From assembly GCA_951406725.2 (NCBI GenBank), contig OX597816.1:166222001-166286000 (forward strand): a DNA stretch of 64,000 nt, in the 5' to 3' direction. The notes beneath the pieces are model-generated. The model was not told the DNA's origin. It did not search any database and saw nothing but the letters and a program-made list of their open reading frames with translations. Numbering within the stretch: position 1 is the first letter of the stretch; every line of letters begins with the position of its first letter. The position numbers were made by a program, and so were the translations under genes. Positions 23,835 to 36,581 of the stretch are shown piece after piece. The DNA is from Octopus vulgaris. Its lineage: Eukaryota.

Positions 23835-24756
23835 CGAGGCGAGACGGCTGCGAACGGTGGTGGGTCCACCGAGTCCAGGAAGACTGCTTCAGCGTTGGGT
23901 GAGCTTTGTGGTTGATGGTTGCTTGGGGCCGGTGGAGCCCGACAGGCAGTGCCTAGTGAAAGCTCGATTGAGGGTCGGGTGGACCCTAGTGGAAGCAGAA
24001 GCTGGTGGAGCGCTGGTTGGGTCGGCCGAGTTATTGAAGGCTGCGCAGGCGATTAACAGAGGGCAAATCGTGGAACTGCGCCGGACGGTGGACCAGCGGC
24101 AGGGCCAGTTCTGCCAATACAGTGATGCAGTCGGAGATGGTGGTCTACCTGTGCAGTTGCGGAGGCGGTCCGCAAGGAGTCGCCGGTGCTTGGTTGGCAC
24201 TCGGGTGTTGGTGAAAAGCGCAGGACGTTGGTCGCGAGGGTTGTTGGATGCTGGTCGCACGGACCTGGCAGAACGTTTCGTCGACCAGGGCGGTTGTCGC
24301 TTGAGGAAGCAGCGAGGCCGGAGGAAGGCCCCAGTACAGCAGCGCAAGGGGAGATATCGGCGACAGGGAGCAGTGAAAGGACAGAATGGTCCGTGGTCAT
24401 CAGCGATAATTGCGCGGAATGGGGATGGTACAGCAAGGTGCTACGTGGGCTATAGAGCCCTGAGGAAGGTGGCCACTGTGAAGGATTGGCCGGACCCTTC
24501 CTGTGTAAGGGATTTGAGGAACTTCCTCGGACGGTGCGCCTATTGTGGGCGGCTAGTAGGAAGCCTGGCGGCGTTGGCGGAGGTGTTACCCAAGCCGCAG
24601 AGGGAAGGTGCCAACCTGTGGCTGGTGCTGAAGTGGTGGCCGTGGGAGGTGAGACCCCCGGAGGAGAAACCACCCAAGGGGACCTCCAGCCCCTGGAGAG
24701 TCTGCTGCTCGGAGGTGCGAGTTTTGTTATGCTTTGTCGGGTCGACAAAATCTTAG
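23812..24756 (+). pseudogene. internally deleted pol relic that is still open
   Basis: GPWSSAIIARNGDGTARCYVGYRAL (RT start) is fused to VKDWPDPSCVRDLRNFLGRCAY (RT thumb). No YxDD, RNase H or integrase. Confidence 0.75.
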
Positions 24757-24767
24757 GTAGGGGGTAG
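24755..24767 (+). promoter_or_regulatory. polypurine tract
   Basis: AGGTAGGGGGTAG immediately before the 3' LTR. Confidence 0.85.
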
Positions 24768-26122
<1,355 letters not shown>

Positions 26123-26751
26123 GAGAGAGAGAGTAAGAGACAGTCAGACCGAGGGTCACTCACTTCACTGGCCAAATACCAAAGGCCGTTTACAGTAAGA
26201 TAAAGGTATACACATATCCATATTTTGAATTCCTAATTCAGAACAAGGTCTAATCCCTTTCTGCCATTAACACATAATCTCTTGAGATCGTAATAACCTT
26301 CAAGCAGAAAGATTTTTTTAACATTTCTCCCATTCGCACATATTGCAATGCTTCAGATTAATTACAATACTCCTTATTTTCTTTATACATGGCATTTTAT
26401 ATCGAAGTACATGACACATCATCTCTCTTTGCCTACTGGTAGTTCACATTTTCATTTCTCTTGAAGGTCGATGTTATTATTGATCATTATGTATAAAATT
26501 GAGACACTGAAGATCGAATCCAGGTTGAGTTTGTATTTTTTCTTTATCAATTTCTAGAAACGAACATTTCTCTCACTTTCTATATATATCCTAACTGTAA
26601 AGAACAAATTGAATGTCCGAATATCAAACCTGCGTTTCATAAATTTTATATCACAACTGTACTCTTCACAGTTAATTTATGAATTAATGAAGTCAATGTC
26701 AAGTTTCCCCAGAAACAGTTATTTCATTAAATAAACGGATACACACACACG

Positions 26752-26820
<69 letters not shown>

Positions 26821-27129
26821 GCATACACACTGGATTGGCATTTAACAATAAATAATGATAAGTTCCGATAAATAATGATAAATTCCGATAAGAAAGGCAA
26901 AGTGTTATCACTTAAGAGTAAAACATAAAAATGATCGCGTGTTTAATCTGAAATAGACTGTACCGATGTCAAGATTTTGTACGTTTGACCCTGATTCTTA
27001 TAAGACACAACCTTTGGCTGTTGCTTGGCGCTGGGACCTGGCAACGTAGGAGAAGAGCTCCACTTCACAACACTTGTTTCTTTCACCCATTTTATCTGAA
27101 ACCTTAGCAGTTGTAACGAACTCTGCAAC

Positions 27130-27530
27130 TAGGCGTAGGAGTGGCTGTACGGTAAGTAGCTTGTTTACCAACAACATGGTTCAGTCCCACTGCGTGGAAC
27201 CCTGGGCAAGTGTCTTCTACTATAGCCCCGGGTCGACCAAAGCGTTGTGAGTGGATTTGGTTGACGTAAACTGAAAGAAGCCCGTCGTATATATGTATAT
27301 ATATGTGTGTGCGTATATGTTAGTGTGTCTGTGTTTGTTCCCGCCAACATCGCTTGACAACCGATGCTGGTGTGTTTACGTCGCCGTAACTTAGCGGTTC
27401 GGCAAAAGAGACCGATAGAATAAGTACTAGACTTACAAAGAATACGTCCTGGGATCGATTTGCTCGACTAAAGGCAGTGCTCCAGTATGGCCACACTCAA
27501 ATGACTGAAACAAGTAAAAGAGAGTAAAGA
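27130..27530 (+). mobile_element. CORE-type SINE
   Basis: Full-length member of the 3266-3653 family. Confidence 0.9.
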
Positions 27531-27551
27531 GTTAAAACATTCAAACGCGCG

Positions 27552-27582
<31 letters not shown>

Positions 27583-28179
27583 ATTATACTCAGGTGGATT
27601 GATCGTGATTTCGGTTCCCAAATGGAGCGGTGCGTTATGTTCTTCAGCAAAACAATTCATTTCACGTCGCTCCGCGATCATTACGGCCTCTGACGTGCGG
27701 AAAACTTGTGCACCTGTACAGGCAATGTCGATGTAATGAAGGAAGTGAGCTGACGTACAACATAAATATTTCATCACTATAAACGACACATCTGTGTGGT
27801 TGTTCGGCAACATATATATATATGTGTGCGTGTATGTGCGTACACTAGCAATGTACCCCGGCGTTGCCAATGGTGTTATGACCTACAGCCACATTGTATT
27901 ATTTGTTCCTTTCTTATGGACAGAACTGGTGCACGAGAAGTATGAAGCAAATAACTCTTCTTTATAAACATGTTTTTCGGCCATTTTTTGATGAACAATG
28001 CTGCAGTTTCCCTCTACCAATTTCAGTCACAAGTCTGTGGTTGTTCTAGGGCTATCGCAGAAAACACTTACCCAAGGTACCCTGCAGTGGGAATGAACGT
28101 GGAACCATGTAGTTGGGAAGCAAACTTCTCAACCACAGTCATTCTTGCACCTAATATGTGTGTGTATGTTTACATGATT

Positions 28180-28212
<33 letters not shown>

Positions 28213-28389
28213 TTTATTTAACGTTCGCTTTCTATACTAGCATGGATTGGATGGTTTGACTGATGACTGTAAGCCAGAACACTGCACTAGGATCCAATCT
28301 GATATGGCAAGGTTCCTACAGTTCTTTTACAGGGCTTAGATAAACTGAAGGGCTGCTGCAATAATGTATGAATTTGAGAAGGGAATATA

Positions 28390-29869
28390 TATATATATAT
28401 ATAAACGGCAAAATGTCTGTCTGTGTGTGTGTGTATCCTTTATACAAATCCACAATTTTTCAGTTAGAGAGCTCGCATTTTCTATGGTCATTCAAAACCG
28501 TCCAAGGGTGGTCGTGCACATCTTTACATTACCCCAGTCACCCCGCAAAGCCATTAAAAAAATCAATAGGAGTTACTTGTCAAGCTTCAAGCATATAGTT
28601 TCCATCCAGATATTGTACGATGGGTTGGTGCCTTCCTCTCAGATCGCTCCTTCCAAGTCCAAGTTAATGGTTCGCGGTCCGACGTCTCCAGTGCGAGCAG
28701 TGGCGTGCCTCAAGGTTCAGTGTTTGGGCCCTTATTGTTCTTAGTCTTCATAAATGACTTGCCCGACGACCTCACGCAACACACCCTTCTATTTGCCGAC
28801 GATATCAAACTGGTCGCTCCTCGCGGTGATGTAGAGGATCTTCGTCGATGCCTCCACCAAATTTGGAAGTGGTCTAACGAATGGGACCTGTGTCTGAACG
28901 TGTCAAAGTGCTGTCATCTGCCTGTTGGCTCTCCTCCTGCAACTCAACTTGATTTCGAGCCGGGTCGTCTGCTGCTGGAGAGGACCGATCAGGTAAATGA
29001 CTTGGGTATCTTGGTGGATTCCTCCTTTTCGCCTTCGGCCCAGTGCGTCCATGCTACCAACAAAGCACGCGGAATTCTGTTCTTGATTCGACGGTCATTC
29101 GGAATGCTCACAGCAGCCATATTCCTACCACTCTATGTCACGCTGGTGAGACCCATATTGGAGTACGGGATTCAAGCCTCTTCTCCTTATCTCCTCAAAG
29201 ACATACAGCATCTCGAAAGAGTCCAGAAGCTGGCTACCCGCATGGTTCATGGTCTCAAAAATTTGTCCTATGAAGAAAGGCTGAGGACGCTCGACCTTTA
29301 TTCTCTTGAAAAACGCCGCCGCCGCGGTGATCTCATTCTCGCCCACAACATCATAAGCGGAAAGTGTAACCTCTCGAAAGAGCTGTTCTTCACTCCTGCT
29401 CCAGAGCGTCGGCTGCGGGGTCATTCCGAAAAGCTCTACCTGCGGCGATTTCATCTCAATCGAAGGAGAGGAGCTTTCTCCGTCCGGGTTGCGGATCCGT
29501 GGAACAAGCTGCCAGACGAGATGGTGAAGATGCCGACGACCGCTTTGTTCAAAGCCTCCCTTGACCTCAAGTGGCCAGAACTCTTTACGTGAACACCACA
29601 CTGTACTTAACTCCATGTCCCCCTACATGACCTTGCTATTTGCTTTTGAGCCAAATTAACTAACTAACTAACTAACTAACTAACTTTTTTGTGAATTTTC
29701 TATCCAAAACGCAATCAAAGTGCCCGAAACTTGATACGCCAATTGAATGCCAGCTAGTTGTATGTGATTGGTCGGATATTTGGACAGTACTCCCGTATAT
29801 GTGCGCACGCACGCAGCTGTGTATGTATGCACTAGCACTATGACCGGCGTTGCCGGGTCATAGTGCTAG
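28390..29869 (+). mobile_element. non-autonomous Helitron-like element split by a CR1 insertion
   Basis: 5' TATATATAAAC followed by (GTCT/GT)n; 3' GC-rich hairpin CCGGCGTTGCCGG ending CTAG|T. Confidence 0.6.
28579..29685 (+). mobile_element. 5'-truncated young CR1-group LINE
   Basis: Uninterrupted frame 28579-29592 with GVPQGSVFGPLLF, LFADD, DLGI, LVRPILEYG, LERVQKLATRM and WNKLP; (TAAC)n tail. Confidence 0.92.
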
Positions 29870-30096
29870 TGTTGAATAAAATAATAATTAACTGATTCTC
29901 TTGTATTTTCTTAATCCCAAACCAAGAACTTATATATATATATATTTAAATTTGACATGGGCGATTCTTTCTTGTCTTGTGATTCACGGTCAAACGGCTG
30001 GGTGGAATTGCGCGAAAAATTACACAGATGTGTAGAATGATCCGGTGGTGATGCTGGGCTTTGTATTTTTTATAGCTCCCATGGTTACCGAGATAA

Positions 30097-30505
30097 TCTA
30101 CTATAATAATACTCTTGTGTTTATGAATAAAAAAGGAAGGGGTGATAGACGAATAAGGAAGGAAGGTGTGATGTCATACTTGGCAGTGTACGCTGACAAA
30201 ACTAAATCAAACAGCATCTGAACTTTGTGTGAATATATGCATATGTAAAAGTTGGGTATGTGAATGTGTGCGCACGCAATGGAAGTTGGATGGTTCATCT
30301 TTGTTCGCTTAGTATTTGCATTTTTTTTGATTTGGTTGAATCTTTGTTGCTTTTTGTTGTTTGTTTGTTTGTTTTTTGACAGAAAAAAGTCATTCTAAAT
30401 TGTTTTTTAACGTAAGCGTGCCCAAATAAGTCGAATACTCACACAGAGCCGGTTTTAGAGCCACGTCATCCAAACCTACCGGGTTAAACCGGGCTTAGCT
30501 ACTAG
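30097..30505 (+). mobile_element. non-autonomous Helitron (409 bp)
   Basis: A|TCTACTATAATAATAC... and ...CCGG-GTTAAA-CCGG...CTAG|T. The same 5' end recurs at 54218. Confidence 0.8.
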
Positions 30506-30517
30506 TATATATATTTA

Positions 30518-30624
30518 GACCTGAAGAGTGGCTATGTATCGTTGGGTCGAATAAATATTAATACCTGAGATTATCGATTTTGATACTGTCGATTTAAATA
30601 TATCGTCACGAAACGCGCGTAGTC
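30518..30624 (+). ncRNA. minimal type-I hammerhead ribozyme with intact core
   Basis: GAC-CTGAAGA-GTGGC...GTCAC-GAAAC-GCGC-GTA-GTC. Confidence 0.7.
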
Positions 30625-31594
30625 GATTTAATGCGTATTATTTAGTATAGTAATTTAATATAGATAATATCTTTCACTATTAATTGAATTACTTTGATGA
30701 CGGTTCTGTTTCTTAATTATATATATAAGCTGGCAAGTTCTTTACTGAATGCAAATTTCAAATATTTATCTCTTTTTTTTATTGGTAGGTGCAAGATTTC
30801 AAATGTTATTGGAATGGAAAATAAAGGACGGCAGGTGAATGGAGTGTGTGTATGTGTGTGCATGCGCGTATGTGTGTTTGAGGTTATGTGATATGCGCTG
30901 GAATTCAAGAAGTAATTCAAACTAACAATTTTCTAATAATTTTCTTTGCTCTGGGCATGTGTGTGTGTGTATGTGTGAGTGCGAGCGCGCGCAAACGCCT
31001 GTGTACATGTGTGTGTGAATGTGTGTGAATGCGCGTATATGTGTTTGAGGCTATGTGATATACAGTGGAATTCAAGAATTGAAATTAGCAATAATTTTCT
31101 TTGCTAGGGGCATGTGTGTGTGTGTGTGTGTGTTTGTGTGTGTGCATGTGTGTGAGTGCATGGGCGTTTGTGTGCGTGTTTGTGTGTGTATGTGGTTGTG
31201 TGTTTGCGTGTGTGCGTGTGTTTGTGTGAGTGTGTATGTTTCTGTATGTGTGTGTATGTTTCTGTATGTGTGTGTATGTTGGCCTTAAGGAAGGGGAGAA
31301 AAGCTCTCTCTAGCATAGTAGAGAGTACATGTTTATTTACCTGCTCCTGTGGTCTGTTATCCTAGTATTACCCCGAAATGTTGCCGGTTTCTCAGAAATA
31401 AACTAAATAACGGGAAAAAAAAAGTCACACTACTGAGACGATGGTGAGATTGTTGAATTGTTCAATTTACAAACCGGTTTTCGACTCGTATCACCACACA
31501 AAAAAGAGAACTGTTGGCAATAACAGTGCCTTCTAGAAGAACGGTGGTAAAGTGTGATAGCCAAGGTGCCGAAGAAAATGAAACAACCGAACAT

Positions 31595-32040
31595 TGGTTT
31601 CAAATTTTAGCACAAGGCCAGCGATTTCGTGGGAGTGGGTAAGTCAATTACATCGGTCCCTGTTCTCTCAACAGGTACTTAATTTATCGACCCCGAAAGG
31701 ACGAAAGGCAAAGTCGACCTCGGCGGAATTTGAACTCAAAACATAAAGGCAGACGAAATACCGCTAAGCATTTCGCCCGGCGTGCTATCGTTTCTGCCAG
31801 CTCGCCGCCTTCGCAAACCGCATATTCTTTTCTACTCTAGGCACAAGGACCAAAATTTTGGGGGAGGGGCCAGTCGATTAGATAGGCCCCAATATGCAAC
31901 TGGTACTTAATTTATCGACCCCGAAAGGATGACAGACAAAGTCGACCTCTGCGGAATTTGAACTCAGAACGTAACGGCAGACGAAATACGGCTACGCATT
32001 TCGCTCGGCGTGCTAACGTTTCTGCCAGCTCACTGCCTTA
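31595..32040 (-). mobile_element. two Meta-domain SINEs
   Basis: The Meta motif and the GGCG..GAGCTGGCAGAAACG head each occur twice. Confidence 0.85.
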
Positions 32041-32152
32041 GTCTTAATGGAACATTGCAAAAACCTATGTTATCTTTGAATACTACATTCTCTTCTTTAG
32101 AAATAACATTTTAAATTGCTATGTTAAGTTGGAAAATGCTGATTTTTCTACT

Positions 32153-32550
32153 AGCGCAGGAGTGGCTGTGTGGTAAGTAGCTTGTTTACCATCCACATGG
32201 TTCCAGGTTCAGTCCCACTGCGTGGCATCTTGGGCAAGTGTCTTCTGCTATAGCCTCGGGCCGACCAAAGCCTTGTGAGTGGATTTGGTAGGCGGAAACT
32301 GAAAGAAGCCCGTCGCATATATGTATATATATATGTGTGTGTGTGTGTTTGTGTGTGTCTGTGTCACCCTAGCATTGCTTGACAACCGATGCTGGTGTGT
32401 TTATGTCCCCGTTACTTAGCGGTTCGGCAAAAGAGACCGATAGAATAAGTATTGGGCTTACAAAAGAATAAGTCCCGGGGTCGAGTTGCTCGATTAAAGG
32501 CGGTGCCCCAGCATGGCCGCAGTCAAATGACTGAAACAAGTAAAAGATAA
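32153..32550 (+). mobile_element. CORE-type SINE
   Basis: Full-length member of the 3266-3653 family. Confidence 0.9.
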
Positions 32551-33105
32551 AGAGAGAGACTGGTTCAGCGTATTTTCGCACTGTTCTTAGAACGTGACAT
32601 TTTCTTGTTTTTTTTTTTTTGTTTCTCTTTTTTCTGCATTATCAATTGGTGCACAGGCGACCGTCATCGTAATTTTTACCGTATTAGTTGGAACTCTGCT
32701 GCTAAAATCCGTTCTTCGGAAATTTGGTCAGTGATGTTTCATAACTGTCTATCTTCTATTTTTTCATAACTTAATCTCTGACGCTACTAGAGTTTCGAGG
32801 TCCGCAGTCCAGATTGCAGACTTTCGATTCCGTATCTACCGACGCCAATTTTCCAATTTTGAAATGTAGTCCTAACACCATGCTCCGATCATAAATTTAA
32901 CGATAGCATTCAGAAGCGAGCTTTTAGTCATATTCTGTCCCAATCCTGACTGTTAAAGGAAGAGGGTTTGATGCCGGATTAATAACCCGAACTCGTAGAA
33001 AAAATATAGATTACATAAAATAAAACTACGGAAAAAAATGACAAAAATTTCAGTTTAAGATGGCGCAAAGACGAAAGCTTGTACCTCTGTTATATCATCC
33101 GATGA

Positions 33106-33330
33106 TGAAGGCGCGTAGCTTAAGGATTAAGGTGTTTGGCCCACGAACGTAAAATCGTAAATTCAATGCACAGCGGCGCGCTGTGTCCTTGAGCAAGACA
33201 CATTATTTCACGCTGCTCCACTAGGCAAAAATTAGTTGTACCTCTATTTCAAAAAGCTGACCGTGCCACATTCTGTGATCGGATCAACTGGAACGCTCGT
33301 CGTCGTAACTGACGGAGAACCAGTATTTGT
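33106..33330 (+). mobile_element. CORE SINE with TSD ATCATCCGATGA
   Basis: A 12-bp direct repeat flanks it at about 33094 and about 33335. Confidence 0.75.
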
Positions 33331-33882
33331 TTCAATCATCCGATGAAAAGATCAGAAGCTGTTGGCCGATCTGGAACTTTACTGATAATATCGGATTGTA
33401 GATATAATCCAGAGAGTCTATAAGAGCTGGTTCGGTGCCTGAGGGAAGAAAACCAAACTAGGAGTGAATGTAAGTAAGGTGAGGGTCATGGAAATCATCG
33501 GTCAAGGAGATGGGAACACCAAATTGATAGCTGAAGAACGGGCTGTCGAAGACGTAGGTGAGGATGGGGTACCTTGGCACATTCTGTGATCGGATCAACT
33601 GAAACGCTCGTCGTCGTAACTGACGGAGAACCAGTGTTTGTTTCAATCATCCGATGAAAAGATCAGAAGCTGTTGGCCGATCTGGAACTTTACTGGTAAT
33701 ATCGGATTGTAGATAGAATCCAGAGAGTCTATAAGAGCTGGTTCGGTGCCTGAGGGAAGAAAACCAAACTAGGAGTGAATGTAAATAAGGTGACGGTCAT
33801 AGAAATCGGTCAAGGAGATGGGAACACCCGTTTGATAGCTGAAGAACGGGCTGTCGAAGACGTAGGCCAGGATGGGTACCTT

Positions 33883-34118
33883 TTAAGGCGGCGAGCAGGC
33901 AGAAACGTTAGCACGCCGGGCGAAATGCGTAGCCGTATTTCGTCTGTCGTTACGTTCTGAGTTCAAATTCCGCCGAGGTCAACTTTGCCTTTCATCCTTT
34001 CGGGGTCGATAAATTAAGTACCAGTTGCGCACTGGGGTCGATGTAATCGACTTAATCCATTTGTCTGTCCTTGCTTGTCCTCTCTGTGTTTAGCCCCTTG
34101 TATGTAGTAAAGAAATAG
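33883..34118 (+). mobile_element. Meta-domain SINE monomer with TSD GATGGGTACCTT
   Basis: A 12-bp direct repeat flanks it at 33871-33882 and 34119-34130. Confidence 0.9.
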
Positions 34119-34610
34119 GATGGGTACCTTGGCATTATCGAGTGCGGCGACGGAGACACTGAAACAGATTTTAAATGAAGAATCACGAAGATTAATTCTA
34201 TTTCCATATTCTTATTTGGTGCCATACAACAACAACAACAACAACATGTTGAACAATAACAAGGGCAACTGGAGCAGCGGCGGTGACATTGAACAACAAC
34301 AACATAAACAGCAACTATTTTGTACTGATTCAGAAGTCACCTCGTGACTCTCCCTCACGAACTCCATCCCCACCCACCCACCCCATGTCAACAACTGGCA
34401 CGTAACATCCTCCTCTCTTCTTGTCACCCAATCACCTCATCCTTTAGTTTGCCAACCGATCACATGAATTCATCATCACTCTCATCATCATCATCATAAT
34501 CATCATCACTCTCATCATCATCATCATCATCACTCTCATCATCATCATCATAATCATCATCATTATTATCATCATCATCGACTTCTTCTGCACCAACTCT
34601 TCCTTGTACT

Positions 34611-34651
<41 letters not shown>

Positions 34652-34663
34652 TTACTATTGAAG

Positions 34664-34998
34664 TGAAGGCGCGTGGCTCAGTGGTTAGAGCGTCGAGCTT
34701 ACGATCGTGAGGTTGTGAGCTCGAATCCGAGACCGGGCTGCGTGTTGTGTTCTTGAGCAAGACACTTTATTTCACGTTGCTCCAGTTCACTCAGCTGTAG
34801 AAATGAGTTGCGACGTCACAGGTGCCAAGCTGTATCGGCCCCTTTGCCTTTCCCTTGGACAACATCGGTGACGTGGAGAGGGGAGGCCGGTATGCATGGG
34901 CGACTGCTGGTCTTCCATAAAACCTTGCCCAGACTTGTGCCTCAGAGGGGAACTCTCTAGGTGCAAACCCATGGTTAGTGTCTGACCGAAGGGGGTAA
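34664..34998 (+). mobile_element. tRNA-derived CORE SINE with alternative tail
   Basis: GAAGGCGCGTGGCTCAGTGG head and TTCTTGAGCAAGACAC core. A related copy is at 38760-39090. Confidence 0.85.
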
Positions 34999-35012
34999 AA
35001 AAAAAAAACTAT

Positions 35013-35043
<31 letters not shown>

Positions 35044-35494
35044 TCTGTAAAAAACCCTCACTACTAACACTGTTGCAAAAAGCAATGGACCTACCAACGA
35101 ATCTACGGATATATTGCTTGTCTCTTCATGGTTTCGGGTACCATTCTCCTAATGAGATCTCGTTATGAACCCCCGATTTACCCAGATTTTTTAATTTATT
35201 GTATTTTTTTTTCTGGGTCACATTTCACGCCGCCGTTTGATTCATGGGTATCTTAAGCGGAGTTTGCAATGTTATCGACATTTCGGCTAAACTTCTGAGG
35301 CAGAACCTACAGACTGCTATTGGCGCACTGTCACCTTTTATACTTCTCCAAGATGCTAAAACCTGGAATTAAGCCCATAAAACAATTTCCCCTCTTTTCC
35401 CACCAAATATCTGTGAATTTCATCCCAATCTAGACTGCATGCATCACCTCTTACTAACACAAAAATCCCCATATCATATTCCTTTCCTAAATAC

Positions 35495-35594
35495 AAACCT
35501 CTTCATTGTACTGACTTTGATGTAGGATACATGTTCCTGTGTTGGTAATTATACCTGTCCTAAACAAAATGGCATTACTTTTTGACTCACCCTC

Positions 35595-35595
<1 letters not shown>
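35495..35595 (-). mobile_element. mariner-type terminal fragment
   Basis: Minus strand TA|CGAGGGTGAGTCAAAAAGT, a typical mariner TIR start, next to (TA)n. Confidence 0.55.
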
Positions 35596-35659
<64 letters not shown>

Positions 35660-35756
35660 AATTTACATTTAATGTAGGATAAAATTTTTTTCGAAAAAGA
35701 AATTTTATCAATGGCCAGCATATTAAAAATACCTTTGGTTAAATTTATAAATAACT

Positions 35757-35906
35757 TATAAAATAAGGGCAAAAGAAAAATTCTAATGCCAAATATGCCG
35801 AAAATAGACAAAATTGTCAATAATCATTATAATTTTTGGTTATTGACAATTTTGTCTATTTTCGGCATATTTGGCATTAGAATTTTTCTTTTGCCCTTAT
35901 TTTATA
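35757..35906. repeat. perfect 67-bp inverted repeat with 16-bp spacer
   Basis: Arms 35757-35823 and 35840-35906 are exact reverse complements by eye. Confidence 0.9.
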
Positions 35907-36155
35907 TGTGGTACATGCAAAGTATTAGCAGACGCTCAGGGAAGGAAAGAAAGGTGGTTTTTCGTTTCGAGCAAAGCACTTCTTCAGAAACAGCAGACAG
36001 AGAAAAGTCCAAGAGAAATGGAAGACGGAGGAAAAAAATCGCCAACGATTCACACGTGGTTACATGTGTGTGCGTGTGTGTGTGTATGTGTGTGTGTATG
36101 TGCGCGTGTGTGTGCGTGTGTGTGTGTGTGCGTATGTGTATGTGCGCGTGTGTGT

Positions 36156-36468
36156 GAAGGCACGTGGCTTAGTGATTAGGGGCATTCGGCTCATGATCGT
36201 AAGGTCGTGAGTTCAATTCCCGGTGATGCGTTGTGTCCTTGAGCAAGACACTTTATTTCATATCACTCCGGTCCACTCAGCTGGCAAAAATGAGTAGTAC
36301 TTGTGACAAAGGCTCAGCTTAGTCACACTCTGTGTCACGCTGAGAACTGCGTTAAGGGTACACGTGTCTGTGGAGTGCTCAGCCACTTGCACGTTAATTT
36401 CACGAGCAAGCTGTTCCGTTGATCGTATCAGCTGGGACCCTCGTCGTCGTAACCAAGGGAGTGCTCCT
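36156..36468 (+). mobile_element. tRNA-derived CORE SINE
   Basis: Same family as 16813-17135. Confidence 0.85.
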
Positions 36469-36581
36469 TTATATATAATTTCAAAATAGGATAAAATCTT
36501 TATAAGAATTTATGAAGTAGTTAGCGTGAAAAACCTCATAGGAGATAAATCTACCAATTTTTATCTTAAATATATATATTT

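Larger units (their letters stand above)
32870..34190 (+). mobile_element. old RTE LINE remnant interrupted by two SINEs and a tandem duplication
   Basis: RTE-like 5' motif GAGGGTT...ACCCGAACTCGTAGAAAAA; RT relics ADLE/FTDNI, GVNVSKVRVM and VEDVGQDGYLGII. Confidence 0.6.
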
